Notes: generated from the sequence alone by a model not told the origin. DNA of 39,382 nt from Octopus bimaculoides (GCF_001194135.2 NC_068990.1:67708434-67747815); one strand, 5' to 3'; numbered from the stretch's first letter, positions 1-11,842 are shown. Numbers and translations: made by a program.

Positions 1-43
<43 letters not shown>

Positions 44-78
44 CATATATATATACATACATATATATACACACACAC
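1..78. repeat. (TA)n/(CA)n microsatellite
   Basis: Seen directly. Similar (TA)n tracts occur at 353-410, 6965-7002, 7551-7646, 8967-8997, 10096-10136, 14376-14419, 33124-33165 and 37709-37754. Confidence 0.95.
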
Positions 79-349
79 ATGTACGTAATTATGCATGTAT
101 GTTGTGCATATAGACATACGTAAATGGTTCCTGAAATGATTTGGTCCATTCTTCCTCACACATTCCTACATTTCTAGTTCCACATCTGTGATACTGATGT
201 GATTATTCAACATGCAAGTAAATCTATAATCTTTCTAAAACAATAAATACCAAAGGAAGAGATTGTTTTCAACACTCAAAATATCAAGACATGCTGACTT
301 ATATAAACTTCACTAATCTATGGTGTTGTAAACGTAAATAAGGAAAACA

Positions 350-393
<44 letters not shown>

Positions 394-461
394 TTATATA
401 TATATATAATTCTCTACAAACAAAAAGAAGTGGGTATAGAAATCCTGAAGTATTTTCTCAC

Positions 462-659
462 CAACATCTGGATCCTTCATAACACATCGAGGTATCTCTC
501 CGCTCCATTTTTCATCTCCTTGGCAAATCCGGGTCGCATTGCCATAGAGTACATAGCCATCTGCACAGGTGTATTTTGCCATGGCTCCAAATTTGTTATA
601 GGGAACTATTTCCACTTTACCATTTATGATTTTTAAGTCAGTTGCTCTACATCGTATAT
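462..659 (-). CDS. Internal coding exon encoding one sushi/CCP/SCR domain of a secreted or membrane protein (possibly LEV-9-like)
   Basis: Minus-strand translation (D)IRCRATDLKIINGKVEIVPYNKFGAMAKYTCADGYVLYGNATRICQGDEKWSGEIPRCVMKDPDV(G) has the four sushi cysteines and the C-x-x-GY-x-L-x-G...C-x-x-x-x-x-W-S-x-x-x-P-x-C pattern. Acceptor ttttcttattttctccaaacag| at 660, donor G|gtgaga at 461. Length is 198 nt, symmetric phase 1-1, typical of CCP exons. The LEV-9-like assignment is from remembered similarity (RxCQGDxxWxG) only. Confidence 0.9.
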
Positions 660-1157
660 CTGTTTGGAGAAAATAAGAAAAAAAAAAATCCATTATTAGA
701 AACATTATATATTAAGCATTCAAAAATGAAATATTTCATTTTTGTATTTGGTTTGCAAGATTATTGATGTGAAATTGTGTGCTGAAATAGATCATGTAGT
801 TTGGGAGGGTCATTGTATGAATAATAATAAGATACACTGGTTCTGTTTCACTTCTTTCATTAGGGTTAGTGAATTATTTAATTTCTTAACCAATTATCTA
901 ATTGGCTGTTTGACCAAATGTTTAGTTAGTCAACCAATCAGTAAAGTTCATGAAGGTCTATTTGTTGTTATGCATGACCTCATCAATGATATGCTTTCTC
1001 CACTCCAGGTCTCAGTCTTGCTGCGGAGAGGGCATTTTCTTGATAAGGTCACAAAAGTGATGAAAAGACTCTGACAAACCTAGCTGATTGTTTGACTGAT
1101 TGAAAAATTAATCAAATAAAGAATTAGTTAATTGACCAAACAGCTAACTATTTGACT

Positions 1158-1375
1158 AATAATAATGGTTTCAAATTTTGGCATAAGGTCAGTAGGTTCG
1201 GGGAAGGGGATAAAGTTGATTAGATTGACCCCAGTGTTCAACTGGTATTTATTTTATCCTCCCTAAAAGGATAGAAAGCAAAGTCGACCTTGGCAGAATT
1301 AGAACTCAGAATGTAAAGATGCACGAAATGCTGCTAAGCATTTTGTCAGGTGTCCTAATGATTCTGCAATGTCTT
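1158..1375 (-). mobile_element. tRNA-derived SINE, (AAT)n-tailed family (family B here)
   Basis: Matches the copies at 36064-36280, 36326-36537 and 23630-23830 (gaccccagtgttcaactggt...aaagtcgaccttggcagaat...gaactcagaa). B-box-like GAGTTC...ATTC on the minus strand; (ATT)n tail at 1158-1166. Confidence 0.8.
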
Positions 1376-1781
1376 AAGTTGATTAATACTAACAAGAGAA
1401 ATGAAACAGAACCTCTGTGTGTGTGTTCTTGCAGGAACAATTACGTTCCTAATATACAACAAAGCAAATTAAATAGTTATATGAGATGGTACTGGCATAT
1501 ATGAATAAGATACAGACAAAGTGTGTGCGTAAACAAACAACTATTTTCATTTATATCTACATAAACATAGCCATTGCTTGCTATTTGGAAGTCCATTGGA
1601 CAAAATGTACCTGTAATTTAAAAGTGCAGACTGGTCACCACATATCACATTGATTCATATTAAGAGCTTTGTTAAGAATCCATATGCCTGTGGAATTCAC
1701 AGTCAATTATACATCTTAATTCAATGAGCAGGTAATTCAATTGACCAAACATGATCACAGACATGGAAAATTTACATGGTA

Positions 1782-2002
1782 TACGAAGGGATGCTGAAAA
1801 ATTCCTGGCCTTAAGGCTATCACAAAATGTCTGGTTGGAGGCCCAACCTTCTGAATTCTTTTACAGAGCTTAGAAAAACTGAAGGAACGCTGAAATAAAT
1901 GTGTGAATCTGAGAGGAGAATATGTTGAATGAAATCATAATTAACTGAGTCTCTTGTATTTTCTTTTACCTAAAGCCAGGAACTTTTCAGCAACCTCTTG
2001 TA
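1782..2002 (+). mobile_element. Mariner-derived MITE (internally deleted element)
   Basis: About 32-bp TIRs: TACGAAGGGATGCTGAAAAATTCCTGGCCTTA versus revcomp TACAAGAGGTTGCTGAAAAGTTCCTGGCTTTA, with TA at both ends. The interior keeps a mariner transposase C-terminus, LQSLEKLKER*NKCVNLRGEYVE*. Confidence 0.88.
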
Positions 2003-2558
2003 ATCCATGGTGCAGCATGCAAATTGCTGCATTTATAAAAGATTTTTCTCCTTACTAGATAGACACTTCTCTAGAGACCAACATAAGCTTTTCAATAGGA
2101 AAATAATTAAACTATTTCATTCCACCACTCCCAGTATAGCACAGAACATAGCTCTCTCAAATATAGTTAATTAAATTGGTATGATAGTAATAGATTACAG
2201 ATAAATGTTAACAGAGCCATCTGAACTGGCTGAAATTGTATAACTCTATAAAAGTACCTTATTAAAAATGTGCTCATTAGCTCCTTGAGTAAGCCTTAAA
2301 ACAAATGAATTTAAGAGTATATAGTCCCAGCACCTTTGTACTAAGCAAATAATACAATAGAATTATCAAGTTACCTTTGGTACATGAAAAAAGCAATGTT
2401 ACATTCTACAGTGGAGGTTCTTGACTGAAGTCAAATCATAGAGAGACAAAGAAACAAAATGCATTCTTTGTACCAAAGAAATGTTACAAATTTTATTTTT
2501 GGGAATGCAGAGTTTTGTAAATAAAAATTTTAGAAGATAAATTTCTATAATGGATAAC

Positions 2559-2631
2559 GGTCTATAATTTAAGAAGGTCCTATAAATTTTCTGCCAGAAG
2601 AAAATTTATAGGACTTCTTAAATTATAGACC
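2559..2631. repeat. Near-perfect inverted repeat (33-bp stem, 6-nt loop)
   Basis: GGTCTATAATTTAAGAAGGTCCTATAAATTTTCT-gccaga-AGAAAATTTATAGGACTTCTTAAATTATAGACC; the arms differ by one bulged G. Confidence 0.92.
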
Positions 2632-3194
2632 TTCACATGAAGCCAAGAATATAGAATTTTCAATACACCAAAAATGATTGTACTTCAGCTTCATTACACA
2701 TATTTCACACTCTACGTACCATACACTGTATATAGTATTACAAAAAAGTACCCTTGTACAATAACATCAACCACCACCACCACTAAGACTTTTTTGGATA
2801 CACTACACATAATACAGAAACGAATACATCAATAATATACATCTACCTATTGTATCCAAATGTACAAATACAAACTGTAGAATACCATCCTACACTGCAT
2901 CTGTTATGGTTTCATACAACCCTAGATATATTGGTCAATTATATTTCCATTACCAAAAAGTTACCACCTTCATCTTATCTACATTTCTATCATAACCTTT
3001 ATAACATTGCACTCCACCTCATTATCATTTTTCAATTTATTTACACCTACATCAAAACTTTCATTACATACCTCACCATCATTATCATCATGTTTTCATC
3101 CTCATTTCATTGTTCATTATTTTGCTTTGATTATTTTGCTTTGATTATTTTAATTTTATTTATTTTTATTTTCATTAGCTGTATTATTGTTTTC

Positions 3195-3868
3195 TTTTAT
3201 GCTTTTACTTGTTTCAGTCATTAGACTGTGGCCATACAGGGGCACCATCTTGGATAATTTTTAGTAAAAAAAAATCGACCCCAGTACGTATTTCTTTTTT
3301 CTTTAAAGCTTGTTACTTATTCTATTGGTCTTTTTTTGCAGAACTGCTAAGTTATGAGGCATAACAAACCAACACCGGTTGTCAAGAGGCATTTGTGGGG
3401 CAAACATAGGCACAAAAACACACAGACACCAAACACATATGTACATGTGTGTATATGTATGTATATGTGTGTATATCCAGCTGTAGAAACTCTGCCAAAT
3501 CAGATTGGAGCCTGGTGTTGCCATCCGGTTTCACCAGTCCTCAGTCAAATTGTCCAACCCATGCCAGCATGGAAAGCGGACGTTAAACAATGATGATGAT
3601 GATGATGATGATGATGATATATTTGGGAATGGATTTGGTAGACAGAAACTGAAGCCCATTGTGTGTGTACACACACACACACACATATATATATATACAC
3701 ACACAAACAATGGGCTTCAGTTTCTGTCTACCAAACCCACTCCCAAAGTTTTGGTTAGTTCAAGGCTATAGTAGAAGACACTTATCCAAGGTGCCACACA
3801 GTGGGACTGAACTCAGAACCATGTAGTTGGAAGCAAGCTTCTTATATCACACAACCATGCTTGCACCT
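3195..3868 (-). mobile_element. tRNA-derived SINE with central (TA/CA)n tract (family A here), interrupted by an RTE tail fragment and a local inversion
   Basis: Head (revcomp ggtgcaagcatggttgtgtg...tctgagttcagtcccactgtgtggcaccttggataagtgtcttctactatagcc) at 3750-3868; body and tail (cttttacttgtttcagtcatt...gtggcca) at 3195-3430. Homologous heads occur at 6795, 14195 and 22198. Confidence 0.8.
3475..3618 (+). mobile_element. RTE LINE 3' tail fragment with (GAT)n tail
   Basis: ccagctgtagaaactctgccaaatcagattggagcctggt...cagtcaaattgtccaacccatgccagcatggaaagcggacgttaaac+(GAT)n is the same as the 3' end of the RT-bearing element at 17181-18573. Confidence 0.88.
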
Positions 3869-4162
3869 ATATGCATATTCGCTAATATATCATCATCATC
3901 ATCATCTTCTTAAAATCAATTTTTCCCTGATAACATGTTTCAGATGGAATTTGTTGAAGCAGTTCTTCTTCAAATGGATGCCTGTCCTATTGCCAACTCT
4001 CTCTCTTCTTCTCACTATCTCTCTCTTTCTCTTCCTCTCCCTCTCTCAGGCCAGGTAACCATGTCCCTCTTCTATAGCAACACACCTGTTTCTGTCTCTC
4101 ATCCCACACTAGCCTTTCATCACCTGACACAAGATAACCTCTTTGTCTTGCAAATTACTTGA

Positions 4163-4339
4163 TGACCTTGCCAGCGCTGGTGTCATGTAAAAAGCATCCA
4201 GTTCATACTGTGAAGTGGTTGGCATTTGGAAGGGCATCCAGCAGTAAAAAACCATGCCGTAACAGACACAGTAACCTGGGGTAGTCTTGTACCTGGCTGT
4301 CCAATGCATGCCAGCATAGAAGGTGATGATGATGATGAT
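4163..4339 (+). mobile_element. RTE 3' tail fragment (diverged) with (GAT)n tail
   Basis: gtggttggcatttggaagggcatccagcagtaaaaa...ccaatgcatgccagcatagaagg+(GAT)n. A further degenerate copy lies at about 5945-6143. Confidence 0.7.
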
Positions 4340-6794
4340 ATATGGTTCCAGGAAAACTTTGTCGTTATGAAGTTCCCACAGAGCCACAGTATGTCACATT
4401 TGACTGGATGGGTCGATCTATTCATCTATCCAAATAAAATACAAGAAATAAATAGCCAGATGAGGGAAATAACATATGATTTGTTTGGTTGATTCAGTAC
4501 AATGTGATGCTTCTGTTTAGTAAACAGTTTCTGAATACTTCTTGTTATTCTGAACTTACTTTAAAAGACAGAAATTCAGTTTCAATCAAAGATTTCTTCT
4601 TTTTTTCTTTTTTTTAGGGTGGGTGTATTTATGACAAAAAAAAAATGAAAAATTCTTTAAAAATTAATTGTAAAGAAGAAAACACATTCTAACAAATCAG
4701 AGACAAATAAAAAAAGGAGGCTAAGACTACTGATAGCCACTGTTAAAATGAAAGCATTTTATTTATTTTTGTAGCTTAAATCCTCAACAGAGGGAGACAG
4801 AACTTTCTTGTTTGCTTGAAAATGCTGGCAAGAAAGTTAAATATCAGGAGAAAATTATTTTGCTCACCTTGTTCACAGATGTTAGTTTTGATAAATAGTT
4901 GGAGAAAGTAGTGACCAGTTAGACAATGGCTGAGTTAGAGAAGAATCTCGAGGGTGATTGAATGACATTGCTGTCTAAATACCATTATCAATGACCCAAT
5001 CATTTCTCCTTTTCACATCTTCTTTTGTCAAAGTTTTACACTAAGAACTGTGTTTAACCATAAAGAAAATTGACACAATGACCAAGGTAATTTCTCTGAG
5101 ACCTTTGGCTGACAAAAAGAAGTTTATGAAAGACTATATCCAGATGAGGATTCATAATCCAATATCTAAGTATGAATCTAAACAATATTCTGTAAAATTT
5201 GCTGCTACACACTGGCTTTATTGTATGCCAAAATATTTAGTTATTATGACAATATCTGTATAAAATCGCTAGCTGACAGAACTAGCTGATTATTGCTGCC
5301 ACGTGATTAGTCATTTGATTCAAGAGACACACAATATAAAAAAAGAAAAAAACTCACGAAACTTAATATCATATTTCTTGCTGATAAATTAAAATCTGAA
5401 ACTAATGATAATTTACATGTATTGTTTTGTTTTTTAAATTTATGTTTTTAATGAATATTTTGTTATTAAAGATGTATGTAGTAATTGATTAATCATTGGT
5501 TGGACAAACTTTTGTCATAAGCTGCTGCCAACTCCCCCCACTTCTATTGTCCTGCTACTTGCCTCATTCTCCCTGACCTACCCTTAGTCCTTTTACCCAA
5601 CTAGTATACACCACTAACAATGCTTCCTTCCTTGTTTGCCACTTACTTCATTCTTGTATATCCCCACCTCTAACTATCCATCACTCTCATCATGTTCCCC
5701 CAAACTTATCCACCCAATGCTCATGTCTCTTTGTCCCAATCTCCCATCATATTCACCCTCTTGTACCTTGTGGGCACATACTGAAACTGAATCACCACCG
5801 TCTTTTGGCTAGTCATGTATCTCCTCCACAGCAAGACACTTGTTGCTATCCCCCTATAATAATCTTATTTCTCATCAGAAGACATAAAGCTACTACCCTT
5901 AATATTATCATCCCTCAGTTTGAGTGGTTTCGTCTAGTGAGTTATTCAGTGCCCACACTTGTGTTGATGACATGAAAAAACACCCAGAACAATCGATAAA
6001 GTGGGTGATATTAGGAAGAGCATCAAGATGTAGGAACCATGCCATTGTGGATATTAGAGCTTGGTACAGTCCTCTGACATGTTAGATCTTATCAAATCAT
6101 CCAATCTATGCCAGCATGAAAGACAGACGTTATATGATGATGTTGTACAGATGTTCAAATCAAATGTTATTTGAGAATATAAATCCAGTCAACTCCTTTG
6201 ATGGGGGTCTTAGACCAATGTTTTCCATTTCCCTTTTTTGTAAGTTTCCTTCTACAGATAACACACATGCAGAGAAAGAAAAAAAAGAGAACTGAGTTCA
6301 AGTAAATGGGAAAATGACTTAGATAAGTAACTAAAAATCAGAAGTTCATGAGTTTCGATACATTTATATGCTACAGGAAGAATAGAAATCTGATGTCTTA
6401 GGTCTTGCACTGAGAGAAAAGAATTTTTTCATTTGAGAGAAATATCTGAATGTATTGAAATTTAAAGTAGATTGCTATGACACTAAAGTATGAGCTAGGT
6501 AATATTAGTAGAGAGAAATCAACAGTCTGGTTGCATTAGTTTGAAAAGATTCTACAGATATGTTTCTATGAAAAGACTCAAGCTGCTTCAAATATGTGCA
6601 AGAAGAAGAATATATTGTCTGACAGAGCTACCAAAAGGTAGCTGTTGGTGAAAATCTACATCTAAAATCAGTTCAAAGAAGGAAGGAGCTGATTAATCTA
6701 ATTTTGTATTCTTGTGGTTTGGAAATTTATTTTGCAAGTTTTTTTAACAGGTACAACATGCTAAATAGAAACAAGCAAGATGATAAGTATCAGA

Positions 6795-6950
6795 AACACA
6801 CACATATATATAAAGGTGCAGGCATGGCTGTATGGTTAAAGAGTTTGCTTCTAAACCATCTGGTTCTGTCCCATGACATGGAATCTTAGGCAAGTATCTT
6901 CTACTGCATAGCTCTGAGATGTCCAAAGCTTTGGGAGTAGTTTGGTGCAT
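6795..6950 (+). mobile_element. SINE family A head (5' part)
   Basis: ggtgcaggcatggctgtatggttaaagagtttgcttctaaaccat...ggcaagtatcttctact...caaagctttgggagtagtttgg followed by (TA)n; homologous to 3750-3868 and 14195-14375. Confidence 0.75.
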
Positions 6951-6962
6951 GTGTGTGCATGT

Positions 6963-7006
<44 letters not shown>

Positions 7007-7012
7007 AAGGAT

Positions 7013-7273
7013 AAGTGCCGCTGGACTGGCTCCTGTGCAGGTGGCACGTAAAATACACCATTTCGAGCGTGGCCATTGCCAGTACCTCCTGACTCGCCTT
7101 CGTGCTGGTGGCATGTAAAAGCACCCACTACACTCTCAGAGTGGTTGGCGTTAGAAAGGGCATCCAGCTGTAGAAACTCTGCCAAATCAGATTGGAGCCT
7201 GGTGCAGCCATCTGGTTCACCAGTCCTCAGTCAAATCGTCCAGCCCATGCTAGCATGGAAAGCGGACGTTTAA

Positions 7274-7324
<51 letters not shown>
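7013..7324 (+). mobile_element. 5'-truncated RTE 3'-UTR insertion with 8-bp target-site duplication
   Basis: Two approximately 65-bp 3'-UTR repeat units, then the conserved tail and a long (GAT)n run; flanked by ATAAGGAT at 7005-7012 and 7325-7332. Confidence 0.88.
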
Positions 7325-7326
<2 letters not shown>

Positions 7327-7548
7327 AAGGATGTAAGACAAGGTTGGCCGTAGTGGGATTTGAACTCAGAATGTAAAGAGCTGGAAGAAATGCTGTTATA
7401 CATTTTTCTCCAATGCTTTAGCAGTTCTACCAGCTCTCTGTCTTTCAAATGAACAATAATAATTCTCTTGATAAAGGTAAAAGACAGATAAAACTATATG
7501 CTTAAAACAGGGTCAACCCTCATATATATGTGTGTGTGTGTCTGTGTG

Positions 7549-7648
<100 letters not shown>

Positions 7649-8964
7649 TCACATACATGTGTGTGTGTATGTGTGTATGTATAACACCAAAGCTTTACAG
7701 TACAAACCTCACACACCTTTCAATTTTATGTCAATTTTCTTTCACCTGCCAAGTATTTTTCGTATTGAAGTTTATTTCCAAACAATAAATAGCAGTGGTT
7801 TATGTCAGAATGTATTTATGTCTAAGTGGCTGTGAGTGTCTATCTGTCTACTTATTTCATCTCTGTCAACTGTTATAGCTTGAAACACCTCTATTTATAG
7901 GAAGGACATGTAATAACCTTTGATAAACCAGTCATTGTCTGTGCTGCGTGATAGCTTTATTAAAACAGGTAATAATATATAATTTGGCTTAATCATTTGT
8001 GACTTGGACATCTCCAGTCTATAAAAAGAAAATTTCACCCAACATAAGAACAATAGGTAGATGACTGTACATATTGATTCTATGGAACTGACCAAACCAA
8101 TAATTTATTTAGGTGACCACAATTAAAAATGATAAGACAGTTTGAAAGGTTCCATTTTAGTTTATGTAATCAAATAAAACAAAAAAAAAATTTATGAAAA
8201 ACTAATAGAAAAAATACCTCTCGAAGACACAAGGCATCAAGTTTCACACTTTTCATACAATGAAAATAACAGCCGTATATGTATGTATGTATGTATGTAT
8301 ATAAAATTATATCTTTTTTAACATCCATGTATACACATATACACACATATTTTCCATATATCTGTGTGTGCATGCGTGTGTGTGTGGAGCCAATAGATAA
8401 GATCCAGAGATTTCAAAATAGAAACCACTTTGTAGTGATGATTATTGGTAAAGGGTTCGGAGTGTAAGTTCAAATCATTTGAGCACTACTAAGTGTTTTC
8501 TATATGTGTGTATGTATTTGTGTGTGCATGTGAGTTTGTAGGTGTAGACATGAGAAATTCCCTTCACACACAACCAAATGGCTTCAGTTTCAGTTTCTAC
8601 TGCACAAATTTTGAGAAAGTATCTACTACTATAACTGTGAGCTGAGCAAAGCTTTATGGGCTGATTAGGTAGACTGAAACTGCAAGAAACCCATCACACA
8701 TATATAAATACATACATATATTATGTGATTGTATGCCTTTTTATGTGCATGTGTTTGATTGTCCTTGTTTTGACATCATGTACAGATTGTAAACAATTGT
8801 TATCATCATACAAGCACAGGCATTTGTCTACAATCTCTGCTGAGAGCATATCCAGTCATGTTGGTAACAAGGAAAAAATCTGGTCAATACAAACCTTCAT
8901 TAATGAATTTTGCCACACAAGTATGAAAAAGTGGATGTTGAAGTTATTATGATAACAGTAATAA

Positions 8965-9001
<37 letters not shown>

Positions 9002-9027
9002 CCTACATATGCATTCATATATATATA

Positions 9028-9066
9028 NNNNNNNNNNNNNNNNNNNNNNNNNNNNNNNNNNNNNNN
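9028..9066. other. Assembly gap (N run)
   Basis: N bases inside a (TA)n tract. Confidence 1.
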
Positions 9067-10092
9067 ATATATATAAATATATGTTATTAACATTCACATG
9101 AGCCCAACGGAGCACATTATAACATATCTTAAAGTATAACTCAGGAAGCTGCCCAACCAATAATTATAGGTAAATACACAGCTCTAACATTAGTCTCTAA
9201 TGAGAAATGAAATAGAATGGTAGAGAAATTTTGCAACAGTTTGTTGAAGAAAATACAATTTGTACAACCTCATGGAATTACAGTTCTCTCCTATGACAAA
9301 ATTTTGTGTTTGTACAACTCCAACAAGTGAATTATGGAACAAATACCTTGGTGGTCTTTTAATACATAGCAATCAGACACTTGGGGTTAGATACAAAGTT
9401 GACCAAGCCACCATATAATATACTTCAGATCATATATAGAATCAAACAGAAGGTGAGTATAAATTACATTGAATCATGTTATGTTCAAAATCCCATGGCA
9501 CACAATGCACACCTATGTCAATAGTGTGTGTAGCATCCATTAGAATTGTGTGTTGGTAAGTGAAATTACTGTTTCATGACCTGGTTGACTACTAACAATT
9601 ATATACAATGGTGAGTCTGAAATAAATATTTATGAGGAAATAATCTTGTTTACCAACACACAATTATATATGAATCACCATTTAATGAATGTCTTTGGTG
9701 CTGGCATGGGGTGGCTGGTTCTGCAGAAGTCCATGAGTAGGAGGACTGCATCAAGTTCCAATGTCTATGTGTATATATGTGTACGTTTATGTGTATTTGA
9801 GTGTGTGTGTGTGATAGAGGGAGTGTGTGTGAGTGTGTGTGTGTACTATATGACTTCATTCAGGCATTGAGATACAAATAATCAGTTGCTAGAACTTAAT
9901 ATATTTAAACTTTAGAGTAAAGTGATTGGAGAGTACAGAGCATAGTATCAGTTAGCGAATGATACAAGGACTGAAGTTACATAATCACCTTCATTGCCTA
10001 ATAGTTGTTTCTGCTATAAGAAGCAGTACACTCAGAACTGGGTGCTAGTGCTTGTGCAACATGCTGTAGCTTCCTCAGAATGATTTAAATAA

Positions 10093-10136
<44 letters not shown>

Positions 10137-10335
10137 NNNNNNNNNNNNNNNNNNNNNNNNNNNNNNNNNNNNNNNNNNNNNNNNNNNNNNNNNNNNNNNN
10201 NNNNNNNNNNNNNNNNNNNNNNNNNNNNNNNNNNNNNNNNNNNNNNNNNNNNNNNNNNNNNNNNNNNNNNNNNNNNNNNNNNNNNNNNNNNNNNNNNNNN
10301 NNNNNNNNNNNNNNNNNNNNNNNNNNNNNNNNNNN
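10137..10335. other. Assembly gap (N run)
   Basis: N bases flanked by (TA)n. Confidence 1.
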
Positions 10336-10386
<51 letters not shown>

Positions 10387-11425
10387 GATGGATGTATATG
10401 TACTGTTAAATATTGGAGACACTTTTAACTGTTGCAAGATATTATAGGAATGTATACAAATTCTTTCTATGCTGTTCAGTGTAGGTGTGATTGTAAAAGA
10501 AATTAAGATATGAAAATATCTAAGAAACTAAGAATGGTTTTATTATTTCTATTTAGGAACATACTATGAATGATTTGAAATTATTCAACCAACAAACTTA
10601 AAGACATTAAATGTTAGAAACTACCCACAAACCACAAATGCACCAGTCTTCAGTTTTCTTTATCTGTCATCACTCAACTAACAACCAATCAACAATCACA
10701 AGTCCCACACCCTCAAACAATGGTAATTACTAGACAATACTCAAGTGAATAATATCAAATTCCATCAAACCTCATGATGAAACTCAGAGACAAATGGTAT
10801 GAGGAATAAGTTTTTATCAAAACATGAAAGTTTTGAGCAGACAAAAAATTTGTAATGATTATCATAGAGGAAATAACTTTTATTTCCTTTCAGACAATTG
10901 CTGAAAATTAGAAAAGGAAATGGAAGAATGAAGAATAGATAATGAGTAAAAGAACAAGGAAACATTGTTCTAGCAACTGTTAGAATTATTGTCATCTGAA
11001 TTTATTTCTGAAGCAAGGGAAGAATAAAAATTAATTTTATGTATTGTCATTTTTTATTGTCATCATCTTCATCATCATCTTAGTCATGGTAACATCAACC
11101 AGATGGAACTTGTTGAGACAGGTTTTCTGTGTTTGGATGCCCATCCTGTCACAACCCTCAACTGTTTCCAAATAAGGTGGTATTTCCTTCTGACTGGACA
11201 AGATTTCCTGGAATATTACAAATGAAAAACACTGCTTGTACAACAGTGACACTCATTTGCAATTATCATGTGATGTAAAGATAAGGAAGCACACAAATGC
11301 ATATGCACATATATAGCTATATAATGTGTACTGTTCATTTGTTGATGGTATCAGCAAAGACAAGCACAAATATTAAAGTGAAATATCATTTAATATATAC
11401 AGCACGAATAGGAAAGCTACTTCAA

Positions 11426-11842
11426 GTTTCATACTTGAAAAGTACAGTATTCACCCACAATGTTATAAGATATTCTAGTTTATGTAGCGTGAGTACTCAG
11501 TGCAAGTGAATTCAGCAAAAAGTGACATGTTTCATCTTTGAGAATATTTAAGTGTTGATATTGAGCTTGTAAGTGTTCATTGTATAGGTTTAGTATCAAG
11601 AGCATGTCATTCTTTACTATATACACTCAGCATTAACATTATTCTTCCTCTTTTGTGTGACAGAACATTTACTGGCAAACTTGACCTTCATCTTTTCTTC
11701 GGAACAACTCTTCTTTTGCTCATGTTATTACTAGTATATTCTCATTGAGTAGTTATGTTGCATGAGCTTGAATAATTAGTGGATTTTACTCAGTCTGCTG
11801 CATATAAGCACAGCTGAATACTGTACTTAATGAGTAAGAAAC
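11426..11842. mobile_element. Possible old MITE defined by approximately 28-bp imperfect TIRs
   Basis: AGTTTCATACTTGAAAAGTACAGTATTCA (from 11426) versus revcomp of about 11815-11842 AGTTTCTTACTCATTAAGTACAGTATTCA, including a 14-bp perfect core. No TSD identified. Confidence 0.35.

Noticed and set aside
742-1160. 110-aa ORF plus repeated tagctgatt/ttgacc motifs, partly similar to about 5270-5310
   Set aside because: No domain is recognisable; it may be an old DNA-transposon remnant but I cannot define ends or a family.
1540-1610. Minus-strand acceptor (cttttaaattacag|) followed by xTFCPMDFQIASNGYVYVD, resembling the start of a sushi domain
   Set aside because: The frame continues without the YxC..GY..G..C..W motifs and ends in a stop, and I found no credible donor; probably chance.
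2850-3224. 124-aa hydrophobic ORF
   Set aside because: Non-ATG start, T-rich low-complexity composition, no splice context or homology.
9370-9452. Plus-strand AAG|gtgagt donor with a short open frame upstream
   Set aside because: Weak acceptor, no recognisable peptide and no other plus-strand exons; similar isolated donors at 25196 and about 28660 were also rejected.
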